From Babesia bigemina (Eukaryota): a stretch of DNA of 64,000 bases. The stretch lies in contig NC_027218.1 in NCBI RefSeq assembly GCF_000981445.1, positions 62,001-126,000 of the forward strand, read 5' to 3'. Of this stretch, positions 1 to 11,509 are shown one piece after another. Position 1 is the stretch's first letter; each line of letters opens with the position of its first letter. Made by a program: the position numbers and the translations under genes. The notes under the pieces were generated by a model, which worked only from the letters and a program-made list of their open reading frames with translations, had not been told where the DNA came from and made no database searches.

Positions 1-793
1 TTATGATTCACGTGTTTGAACATCTTTTACGTGCTAGTCACCTATGTCACATACTCGTTTTAAATAGTGTAAGTGGCTTCGTGTTCGTTAGTTAACGGTG
101 GAACGGTTGTTCTTGCACACATACCGTTCCATTAACCATTTTGAGTGTTCGCCGAACGTTACGTGTGGGCAAATTGCAAATTCACAACCACAGCGTACTG
201 TGAAACCGGCAGTGATATCCGTGTATTGTGTCTGGCCTCACTGTATGAATAATCCATCGTAGATCATTGCTCTCCGCGCCACGGCCCCCATGAGCGTTTG
301 GTGTTTTGCTTACGTTCACAACTCTTTTTAATTACCCGTGTCATTAACGCTTAATTTTACTAACACGTTGTGTTTAAATTAAGCGGTTGTTCGCGGCGAA
401 GGTTGTGAAGGTTTCTTTGTTACTCTGTTACGCTGTTTTCCTACCGGGGGCGTCTTTCACGCCCTTATTAGGTTAATGCAGTATTCGCTTCGTCACTAAT
501 TGGCGTATTGCCTTCTATGACGAGTGAGTCGGTTCGGGAGTGATTTCTGTCCGCGTTGGTCGCGGCTACCGGTATTCGTCGTGCGTTATGCTTTATTGGT
601 GGCCCGTTTATCCAAAAACGGACCTGAACTTCCTCAAGTTGATTATGTACATGCACATATCGTGTTGAATCGCTAATTGGTGCACTATGGACCGCAGTGG
701 GAAGGTTTCGAGGCACAGCCACTCCCGTAGGTATGTTATGCCACCCACCCAGTCGCCTGCTTGGCCATATCCCTACATTGCAGACTTATAATA

Positions 794-2867
794 ATGTCCA
801 GAAAGCCCAAGGTCTACGGGAGTGAGCACCATCGCATGCTCAACTTCAAGCAGTTCATCATGATGAAGGTACGCTGATTGTCCATTTGTTCGACGTTTTT
901 ACAGGAAGACGAAATATCGCCCGAGGAAGCTGCGGAGGAGTACAGCAAATATTTCCAAGAGTTTTTGTCGAGTGAAATTCGCCGTTATTACGACATGTAC
1001 GAGGTGCGTTTTCGTATATTGATCACCTGACTTCGATCAGCACTTGGCGTTTTTCCGGGAAAAGTTCCACCCTTACTATTTGCACATTGATCACGAGATT
1101 AGTAAAGTGGACGTGTTGAACAGCAACCGAGATTTCGTACTGGTTGGTGCTTCATGATTTTGCTTTTGACCAAGACCAGAAATACACCAACGGTCACTTC
1201 GAGGAGCTTTTGCTCGAGATAAGCTTCAAGCGGCTGTACGGCGGTTCTTCGTCTGACGCCAACACCACTCCTAGCGAAGCGCCGTACAAGTATTCTGAAT
1301 GGGCCTACGAGATCCCCGTTGAATACCCCAAGGATGACACGCACACCAAGAGGCTTCCTATAGAGTAAGTGCACGTCGGCTATTTTCTATGTCGTCCAGT
1401 TCTCCGCTGCTATCTGTGCTTCTGGTTGACGTTCCGGACAAGGTTTTTAAGCACGAGATCCAGAACGCTCTGAAGGTACGCAATTAGTAATCGTGTCGCA
1501 TGTGTCTCAGCCTCATCTGGACCGTTTTTCCATATACATGGCGGAGCGCGACCTGGTCCGCACGGCGTTTATCAGCGTGGATGAGTGCGACCTGACTAAG
1601 TTGAGCGAGACTCTGAATGGGAACCGTTTGACGTGAGTGCGCCTCGAATACCTGTATAGTTGTTAGCGTTCAGGAATTCCTGCTACGTTTTGAGCCGTGC
1701 AATCCGCTGCAAGAGCGCGTCCGCGTGCGTGTATGCCCCCCCGTGTGTTCACACCCAATAATTGTCGCCCGGGACGTTGAGATAACTGGTCGTGTAATTC
1801 GCAAGCTGGGTACGTTTCCGCCGACGTTAGATTTAATGCGGTGCTGCAGATGGGGACTTTTGCGGTTCTGAAACCTCATTCGTCGATATATTGCCGGCCG
1901 ATATTGACATTAAGAAGTAGGCGAGCATTAATGTTGTAAAAATGAGCAATCAGGCGTTTGGACCTCCACCTCACATACTTGCGTAAGGTGCACAGCTATT
2001 GCTACTACGGCCGCATCGTTAGTTATCCGTGTTGCGTCTTAACTGTAGCGTCAGAAAGGCAAGAGTTACATTGATTTATGGGATCTGTGTGGTCCAGGAC
2101 ACGTTCGTGTCGACCTGAGCAGCGCGTTGTACGAGAAGGAGACGGGGCTCACTACCAACCACGTCGCCGTGAAATATGCGTCGTGGGAGACCGGTAAAAA
2201 GGGTAAAGTACCGGCTGAAGTTCCCATCCGTGATTGGGAGAAGGAGCTCACCTCTTCGTGCGACGTGTCGACTTCTCAGCTTCAGTGGCTGCGTGACGTT
2301 GAGTCCTTTGCGGAGCACCTGCTGGGCTGCGATTTGAGTCCTCCGGCATATGTGCAGGATGAAGCTGAAATAGAGGACAAGTGGAAGCAGTTTTGCAACA
2401 TCAACACTTTGGTTGATGGCCCGGAGCGGTTCCGTTGCAATTTGTGCCACAAGCTCTTCAACGACTCGAAGTTCGTGTGGAAGCACCTTAAGCTGAAACA
2501 TAGCGACTGCTATGACAAGATAGTGATCGAATGCGGCGTGCCTCAGATGAAGGAGATTTTCACGGGATCCCACAAGGCGGCGCGGTGCAACCCCTTCGAG
2601 AGGCTTCTTAGCGTTCCTGTGGTACAGCCGCTTCCCGACGACGTGGATGCGCCGTCTGTGGAGCCAAACGGCCTTTCGGACTCACGTAACAGCATGAGGG
2701 CTGATTTCAACAACAAGCGCCGCCGTCGGGATTACTTTGACTTCGACCGCCCCCAGGCCAAGCGCGTACGTTTTTTGCGACTGATTTGTTATTGGTTGCA
2801 GGAGCACACTATGTTTTTCGCGCAAGACGATTATTCGCGCCCGTCAGTGAAGTATGACGATCTGTGA
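794..2867 (+). CDS. ARS2: Ars2/SERRATE-like RNA effector (multi-exon)
   Basis: ATG at 794 gives MSRKPKVYGSEHHRMLNFKQFIMMK; after intron ~869-904 it reads EDEISPEEAAEEYSKY, typical of the SERRATE/Ars2 N-terminus. The last large exon has the C2H2 finger CNLCHKLFNDSKFVWKHLKLKH and the C-terminal ...SVKYDDL. Many short GT-AG introns. Confidence 0.85.
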
Positions 2868-3000
2868 TTCTAGCGTAGTATGGCCGGCTTGGCCGCCGCG
2901 CCCGCAGCATCAAGTTGCTAATCGTAATATTGTACTTATTTTAACTGCCGTTGTCGCCGTTTGCGTCTGCATCGATATCTTAAGGCGTATGTGCCGTGTT

Positions 3001-4686
3001 TTATGGGTTTTTGCAGCATAAGTTATGACACTGCTGCATGTGAACGTAGTACCAGGCTTCGCCAGCTGGTGTGGTGACATACATATTCTCATCCAGTATG
3101 TCCTTCAGTTCGCTGACAAAAATGTATTGTTAACTGAAACCAACTCACTCAAGCGTCTGATGCAGTCTGATATTGTATAGTTCGCGGAGATGGCTGGACG
3201 ATCCTAAGTAGACGGCCCCCTGTGCCTGATTTTTGCCTTCTTTGTGCGTCTAACCTTTTTCGTAGTGATATTTATGTTTTTGGAATGCGTGATGCACTCT
3301 ATTTGATCGATCAGTTGCTTAAGGGTTTGCTGGCAGTCGGTTTGCAAAGTGATGACCTTGCATTTGCACAGCGTGCAGTCCTGAGCCCGTTGCACCGTCA
3401 CCCATTATCAGTTTACCTCTTGCTTCTGCATGGTGAAACCGTCTAGCACGGAATTGCCGTCTCCGCTGTAGAAATAGAAGTTTTTGGTGGCGTCCCGATT
3501 AACAGCAACATGCGCAATGACGGCGGCTATGATGGCGTTCGTTGTGTTAACGTTGATTGCGCCTCTCTGCTTTTAATAAAACCCGTTAGAAGTATTACTC
3601 ACGTTCAGTATCTTGCGCACCATAGCCATGGTGACGGTTTCAATGCCATATGCATTCGCATATTTACGTGCTTCCTCGTATACACGGTCCACGATCTCTG
3701 CGTGGCGCATGCCCTGCACCGTAGAGATAGGTTTCGTGTTTGACGGCAGTTTTACCTCCGCACGTTCATTTGTAAAATCCTCAAACATGTGGCTAATGAC
3801 ATATCCTGTAGCAATGTGACAGTTAAGTGCACCATAATTAACTCACTAACGCAGTCCTCCGGTGACTTGGGCTCCTTCGGTATTGAGCAAGAGGGTTGAT
3901 AAGCCTGTTGATAATTTGTGCACATCAGCATCGTATATGATGCCCTACTTCGTCACTGAATAGGGGTAGAGAGCACTCAAGGCAGGGCTGGTCGCGCCCG
4001 CTCACAACCCTCACATGGCCATAGAGCTCTTGTGATCCTCCATCTATGAGTATGGGCAGTGGATTTCCCACCCGTTGCGAATCGAAGTTCACATTGTTTC
4101 CGCGTTTCTGCCATATGACCATCGTGGCGAGGTTGATCCACCTCCTTGCTTCTACATTGTCTACGGCCGATATGATGACGTCGGACTTTGCGATCGTCGT
4201 CAGTGGCACATTTTGTATTGCCTGATTGATGCTACGATAAAGTTATTTCGTTTTAGATGAATTTGCTATACTACGCTGCGGATACGCATGACTCACTAGT
4301 TCGCCGTGATATGTTTGCTATGCTCCGTGATTCTCTGCGCAGCCACTTGCGCTTTGTACATACCGACATTGTTACGCCTGCTTAGACATTACATCTTAAC
4401 AAATGTGCCGTATGCAGTATAAGTTCGCGTGAAGCGTACCTGTATAGGAACTGCCGCGTTAGATTATGTAACTCAACTGTGTCTGGATCGACAATGGTTA
4501 TGTTCCGTACACCAAGGATTGCTAGATTCTTGATGATTTCACAACCTGCGAATTCCACATATCAACTGTTTTTACAACGGAGTAGTGCGGCGGATAATGC
4601 CTTCTGGGTCTTACGACTCGTTAGTATGCCTTACCTAACCCTCCCGCTCCTATTAGCATAACGTTTGAGATGGGCGCGTCTTCCAT
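3001..4686 (-). CDS. UBA3: NEDD8-activating enzyme E1 catalytic subunit (multi-exon)
   Basis: Spliced reading gives [78 protein letters not shown] and [10 protein letters not shown], i.e. ThiF/E1 motifs of UBA3 type. 3' end inferred through two further introns. Confidence 0.8.
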
Positions 4687-5771
4687 CACACCATCATTCC
4701 CTACTCTAATATGCTCCACATGAGCCTCTGTTTAGAGCGTCTGTCAAGTATTTCAACATAACTGCAGCCAGTTAGCCGATATGATCTCGCTTAGTGTGTC
4801 AGCATCGCCCATGATGTTAACACTTCGCTGAAAAGCCAACAAAATGGCCTAAAACCATTTCATCGAGAAGTGAGAATTGTTGTGTGAGTAATGCGTCATT
4901 GTGTGTTCAGATGCTAGCCCGTCAGAGCCTCAGGTACGCCGACCTCTTGAGACTGAAACCGCCGTGGCCCAGCAACCTGCGCGCAAGCAGCCAACTGGCG
5001 CCGGCACTTTCATTAACTGCAATTATTGTAACAGTGCGAATTGGCACGGTCTCTCCTACGAGTGCTTAACCGGATTACCAGCGCAAAGTAGCATTATTTG
5101 CATACACACCTCACCCGGCGACACTACACCGGCATAATAGACCGCTCTAAAGCGGCGCAGATCTGCATTCCTTTATGGGATGCAACTTTGAGTTAATCAC
5201 AGCGTCAACATGCAGAGAATTTGACACCGGCGCAAGGTAGAATGCAAGGGATGAGCGTCATTAGAGGCATCCAAAGTGCCCAATTTGAAGACGGATTACT
5301 AGCTGAGCGCATCATTTAATGGAGTAAATTAGATATATTCTACAGTCTTCCGCTCATTTCCGCAATTTAGACAGCTGCACCAGACGCGCCGTTATGCTCC
5401 TAGTGCAAGATTCTACACATTTTTGCAACCAACTACTACAGCCAGCACACTAATGTAGGCGCCCTAAGCAGGCAAATTCAATAATTACGATCGTAATGTC
5501 CACATTCCAAGTGTAAAGCCGTAGTTCCCGGGTCGCTCCGCGGTTGTTTAAGGCACGGCATGGTGTGGGGTCTGTTGGTGATATCGCGGCAGCCGTGTTT
5601 TCACCCCATAACTGTTGATCGCATTGAACGGTACGGCGGCTACATGTGTTAAAAAACGCTGCTATATTCGGCATTTAAATTAAAATTTAATGCTATAAGA
5701 GCAGGAGCTTACTGCTAAACCGCCGTCCAAGTCCTTATTATAGTTTTCAGTGAACTTTGAGCTCTGTAAAA

Positions 5772-6365
5772 ATGAAGGTATTCGTGCCCGCTGCCGTTCT
5801 CCTCTGCGCTGTGAAATCCGCAGCGGCATTCGACTTCGTCCGCGAGCACACTAGCTCTCCTCGCCACCCATCCCTCCGCGAGGCCAACTCAGCCGCTGCC
5901 ACCGATGCTTCGTACGACATCAAGGACTACATCCCTAACATTGACACCCTCAAGGAGCACGCTAACACTGCCGTCAAGAACACTGAGGGCTTCCTTAACG
6001 GCGTCATGGACTACATGAAGAACGTCAGCAACCTCTTCTGGAGCTACGTGCCTGACCCCCAGCAGGTCTACGGATCCTCTTCCGAGGGCCACACCAACTC
6101 TGGCGTCGGTTTCCTCAACAGCCACTCCACCGTTGGTGACTCTTCCTCGTTTTTGAGCGCTGTGAACACTGAGAATTTTGACGCCGCCATCAACAAGGTT
6201 GCCAAGACCGGTGCTGAGTACGGTGAATGGGTGAAGGACAAGATTGCCGACTTGAAGACTGAGGTTGTGAACGACCCTACCGCCCAGAAGGTGATGTCTG
6301 CCGTGCGTGACGCCGCTGCGCCCCTGACTTCTGCCATCGAATCTGTTACTGAAACGAAGGCCTGA
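5772..6365 (+). CDS. Small secreted protein of unknown function, ~197 aa
   Basis: Single-exon ORF with signal peptide MKVFVPAAVLLCAVKSAAA and strong C/T-ending codon bias. Confidence 0.85.
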   Translation: MKVFVPAAVLLCAVKSAAAFDFVREHTSSPRHPSLREANSAAATDASYDIKDYIPNIDTLKEHANTAVKNTEGFLNGVMDYMKNVSNLFWSYVPDPQQVYGSSSEGHTNSGVGFLNSHSTVGDSSSFLSAVNTENFDAAINKVAKTGAEYGEWVKDKIADLKTEVVNDPTAQKVMSAVRDAAAPLTSAIESVTETKA

Positions 6366-6741
6366 GGGCTGCAACTCATGAGAACTAATTCCTCCTACAC
6401 GGGATTAAAAGTGTTTCCGCACTTTTAAGGTTTTGAAGAGGTCGCTATTAGCGCTCCTATATCGACACACGTTTTGAGGCGTTGAAGTTCAGTGAATTCG
6501 CGTCGATATAACATTTTACTGAGAAGTACCTCTGGGTTTTTAAAACATAGCACATTTTGACCGTTATTCGTAAAAAGTGGCGAAAAGTGTAGCTGCACGC
6601 TGTTGTTGCACCTATTCTCTCGTGGCGTCACTGTGGGTTTCCGTGGTCGGTTACCGCATCGTTCGCCCCTGCGTACCTCGCAGTTTGAGTTATTACTGCG
6701 ACCTTTGCGCTATGTTCGGCCTGATTATGCGCCAGCAGACA

Positions 6742-8577
6742 TCACTTTCCCACGCAGAACGTTCTAAATATGGCGTCCAATACATGCTCGTTTGTCTGTT
6801 CTCCTAATATGTACCCGATTTGGGAGGTGGCCTCTCTTATATTTTCTGCCACAATTTCGAGATCGGACTGCGTGTTCGCCATGCTTTTCAGGGCGATTTT
6901 GATTTGTTGCAGCACGTTCCTTAGGTGTGACTTGTGCCTTGCGTCGGTTACAAATGGTTGCTTTTGTACGTGTGAAAGATCTTTCTCCAAATTTTGATGC
7001 ACGAGTTGCAGCATGGCCTCTATACTCTGCGGCTCTCTGTTGGAGATAGAGGTGATTTGCGCTCTGGGGCCATATCTACTTTCCAGTGTCCTCATATACT
7101 GCGTCATTTGTGCAGTGGTAATCAAGTCAACCTTGGATACGCAGATGATAAGTTGAGAGTCATGAGGCACATTTTGCAGAGTAGTATCCAGCGCATACTG
7201 CGAATGTTCCACATTTGTGTGGTCAAATAAGAATATTGCCAACCTCGTGTCGTTCAGGTGTTGCAGAGCCTTTTCAATTCCCTGCTTTTCGACTTCATTA
7301 TGCGATATTGCTTCCACGTTGTCACCCATTTCCCTTATTCCAGCTGTATCTACGAAAGTCACCTTTAGGCCATTGAGGTCATATTTGACTTGTATGAGGT
7401 CCCGGGTGGTCCCCGGCATGTCCGAGACAATGGCCACACGTCTGTCGCAAATAGCGTTCATCAGGGAGCTCTTTCCCGCATTAGGGGGCCCTAATATGCT
7501 TACATTAGCTCCACTTGTCAGGATTTCCCCTTTTGAGTCTTCAAGTTGCGCCTCGATTTCTTCCTGTATTTGAGTGAGGCCTTGAAGCAGCGCCTGCCAT
7601 TTGCATGTTCTGCAAGTGTCCGTAACCTACGGTTTGTTCCTTATGCGTCGCGTTTAGATCTGCCAATGCTTGTTCGTCGAACTCTATTCTGGCTTCCACC
7701 GTGGCGAGCAACTGGTTTAGTCTGTCCGCCCACGTGCCGTACAGCTGTGTCAGTCCTCCGTGTAGCTGCTGGGCGTGATCACTGCGTTGTATTACCTACT
7801 TTTAGTGCTGCATTTTGCATCTCCAGAGCCGTTTCGGATGATATGATGTCCCGAATAGCTTCGGCCTGCGTTGTGTTGGATTATGTGGAGTTTTTCACGC
7901 ACCTGTGTAAGATCCATCTTTCCATTGTAAAACGCCCTTCTTGTGAATTCACCTCTTTCGGCCTGCCGAATCCTGCATTGACACCCATATTTTGTATTAT
8001 TTTTCATTCATACCCTATGTCATGTCGGCGAGAAATGCACCGCAAGGCGGCAAAGAGCTGTGACACTATGGCCCTGCTCCCGTGGGTGTGGATTTCGACC
8101 ACGTCTTCGCCTGAGCCGGATTTCGGTTATTTACCGTTCGAATCACACCTGTATAAGAGTTGGGCCCAGGGAAGTAAATGGTGATGGCCTTGTCTATAGG
8201 TGTGAATTTCGCTTGGTCGTAGACGGTACGAAGCGTAGCCATTCTGGGAACACATTTGAATGCGCTTTTGCTATCCCTTGCAGCCTGAAGAATCCGTTAC
8301 AAAACACTTGAAAAGCCACTTATACCTCATTTTTGGTGAGTAATTCCAGCACCTTGAGACTCTGTCTTCCCGAGATTCTTGTCACGGCTATCCCGCATCC
8401 TCCGTCAGGTATCGCTGAGGATAGGCCATATACAGTTTGCGCGCTGAATTGAGCTCGCGCTGATGAGCTAAGGTGTCGTGTATGTGCAGCAGGGAACAAC
8501 TTGAAGTTGTCCCATTTCGATATCCTCCACGCCTCTGCGACGGTAACGAAGAGGAGGATACCGAATAAACATCGCAT
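6742..8577 (-). CDS. mnmE: tRNA modification GTPase MnmE/TrmE, probably apicoplast-targeted (multi-exon)
   Basis: GIAVTRISG, EIHTHGS, AERGEFTRRAFYNGKMDL, G1 GPPNAGKSS, G2 PGTTRD, G3 DTAG and terminal FCVGK. N-terminal signal peptide (MRCLFGILLFVTVAEA) followed by a basic transit-like stretch. Confidence 0.92.
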
Positions 8578-8741
8578 TGCCACGCGTCGTGGCAGGCTAA
8601 CTAGCTCATTACATTTGTTTGTTTGGAGATTCGTGTAGAAAACCCTACAACTTAGCAACGAAAGTCGGTGTGTTGGTCATTATGAGCGCCACTGTCTATT
8701 GCGATATATCCTTCTTGCTACCATTTGACATGCAATTCACA

Positions 8742-9642
8742 TCACTCAGACCTGTACTTCTGTATTAGTTGTTCTGCCCGCTCCCAGTTAATCACTTTGA
8801 ACCAGGCATCGGTGTACTTTGACTTGTCATTGCGGTAGTCAATGTAGTAGGCATGTTCCCAGACATCTGAGAATATCGGTGCATTTCCATCTCTTGCACT
8901 TACCTATCACCAAAACTGGCTTCACCATCCAGAGCCTTATAGGGTTGTCTGCGTCTTTCGTGGCAGCAAGTTTTAGTGTGTCGGTAACCCGGTCGTACGT
9001 CGCCCAGACCCATCCGCTTCCGAAGTGAGCTGCATTGTTATTGGTGGGCATAAAACGGATATTACCCGTCGCCATTTGCGTTATCTGCTGCTTTAGGGCC
9101 TCGTGTGATCCGAATGTCTTGTTTATAAGCTCATTCGTCATTGGCGCATCGGCTATACTTCCGTTTGGCGACATTCCGAGCCAGTAGAAATCGTGGTTCC
9201 ATACTTGAGCCGCCATGTTGTACACTGTACCCTGCGCTGTTTCCAAGAGCTCGTCGAGCGTTTTTGTGGCTATTTCTGGTTGCTTAACCGCGAGCTCTGC
9301 ACTAATACGTCTCCCAATTTCAGTGGCTTACCGTTGAGTTTTTTGACGTAGCCCGCGTGGTGCTTGAGATAATGATACCTGATCGTTTCCTCTGAAATAT
9401 GCGGTTCCAAAGCGTTGAGAGCCTTTGTTGATGTGATATGCGTTCGTAATATTCGGACGTACATATGGCAGTGTCATAAGCGTGAATGGCTGTTCCTTGC
9501 TGATTTCTGCGGCAGAAAATCGCCTATGCACTACATTGGGCATTGACATTGCACTATTCAATGCGATTTTGTGCACATTTCCAACGATGTAGGCCCCGGC
9601 AATCCTTGCCAGAAGTGCGATCACTTGTATCCACATGTTCAT
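8742..9642 (-). CDS. SOD2: Iron superoxide dismutase with bipartite organellar leader (multi-exon)
   Basis: [44 protein letters not shown] and [11 protein letters not shown] motifs. Hydrophobic leader [17 protein letters not shown]. Confidence 0.93.
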
Positions 9643-11092
9643 TGTGTTTCCGATACTTGGTTTGGCAATTTGAATATCATTTGGCAGCTGTCGAGCGCGA
9701 TAACCGAGAATATGAAATAAGTCCACTCTGCGGTTACGTAGTCGTCTGGTATTGCTGCGACTAAAAGCGCCTCGTGCTTGCTGAATATGATCGAGTCGAT
9801 GGCGTTCTAAAGTGATATGCGATATTGAAAGTCTAATACGCTTACTTTACAGATGGTATACACGGCGTCAGTCTTCAATACGGTTTTGGGATTTTTATTT
9901 GCGTACTCTCGTGACTCCTCTCCAACGTGCGATGAGAATGAATGTAACCCGTAGAACGCGGTTTCCAGTTCCGCGAGAATTCCAGCTGGGATGATCATGT
10001 TTGCGACAGCATATATTTACTTACGCGACCTGAGTTTGAGTAAGATCGGTGAGTGCGATTGGTCCACGTCCGCGTCGACCTCTCTTCCCTCCGACTGCCT
10101 GTTGGTAGCCGCCGCGTTGGTCTTGGTGCTAGCACCTTGATAGGCAGTATCGCTAATTACGCTAGTTTTGGCGCCGCGTTGATTCGCGTTGTCAAGTAAT
10201 TGCAGGTCCTGCAGCTTATTGTATGGGATGTGCTTACACCAACCTGTGTCCTTCCAAAATCCGTTCTTTGTGATATGCTTCGATTGCTGACGCGGCAGAC
10301 TTCGAATTCAGTCAGTTCATTCCCTATGCGATTGGCCGACTCCAAGTAGCATATAATGCTTTGAAACTTAGTGAGCCCAATGTTACACTGGGTGCAGTGT
10401 AAGAGCGCTTCGTTTTCGTCTTACCGAGCAAGGTGGTATTTCCGGTATCACCGATTCCGCCTGCGCGTATTCCTCAGCCGGCGTGATCAATATGTCCTGC
10501 ACATGTATATCTTCCCTCCGTTGCCGTGCTTACCAAGGTAATGCAGATGCTGGGGAATGCAGGGTCCGGGAAAGTTACAGATAATGAAGCGACTTGGTTG
10601 TTCCTGCATGTCATATGATCCTTCATACAGCTCAGAATTGTTTACCTTTTGAGTTTTAAGGCTGCATATTCGCTGTTGACCGCGGCGTTTAGAGTCTCGT
10701 ATAGTGAGCTGACGCTGACGTTAAGTGCTATGGTGTCGTCTTCCCTTCCCTCCAGGATATACGGACTGTGGAATAGTTCGGCCTGTAACGCGTTTGGCAT
10801 ATCAAATCAGCGTGCTTACCGTATCTATCTCGAGGTAGGCGTCCGTTGATAAAATAGTTTTAATAACTACTGAGACCTTTTTCTTTGAGATTTTGAGCAC
10901 GGCGCTCATAGGATCGGGATGATCATTAGCTAGTTTGCTGAGGCACAGCAGGCATCCTACAAACAGATTAAGATTGTCTAAACAGTATCAGAATGCATTG
11001 GTGTCATAACATTCAGACGTGTATCTAATGTGACGCAGCTAACCGACGAAGTGATGGAGATTCTCGACTTTGAATTCGCCCCGAAACTTCAT
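9639..11092 (-). CDS. HUS1: Hus1-like 9-1-1 checkpoint clamp subunit (many small exons)
   Basis: Spliced reading [100 protein letters not shown] resembles Hus1 (MKFRAKI..LNHF..KLAK..L.IS..KL..; C-terminal LQYFIP). Recognised from memory of the family, not by search. Confidence 0.65.
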
Positions 11093-11509
11093 TACTATAC
11101 GCGTTGTATGAATCTGCCGTCCTCTCGTTCGCTTGTTGCCTGTGCAATTTCCTTGGTGGCGGACTACGCTGGCGACGCGTTATTGACCGTTGCAAACGCG
11201 ACGGTCGCCGGCTTATTTCAGAGACTATTCGACACTAACATCTAGTTCAAGAATATTAACATAGGAAGCAACTGAAGCAAGCGAAGGCGTTGTGATGTGC
11301 GGTGTCCATCCGGAATCCCGCCGGATGTGCTCCGTATGCTTTATATTTTAAGGCGCAGAGTTGCGCCAATACGCCACCTATACTACATCTAGGGCACTTA
11401 AGTCACTGATTGGATGCGATGTGTTTGAATTCGAGGCCGACTTTTTAGTGTATATCGGTGGAAGACTGCACCGCGTGGGAGCGTGTTATGCCGATGGCTT
11501 GATACGGCG

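Noticed and set aside
2766..2801. Hydrophobic stretch VRFLRLICYWLQ near the Ars2 C-terminus as a membrane anchor
   Set aside because: It is a 36-nt GT-AG intron that happens to be in frame and stop-free, which is common for these short introns.
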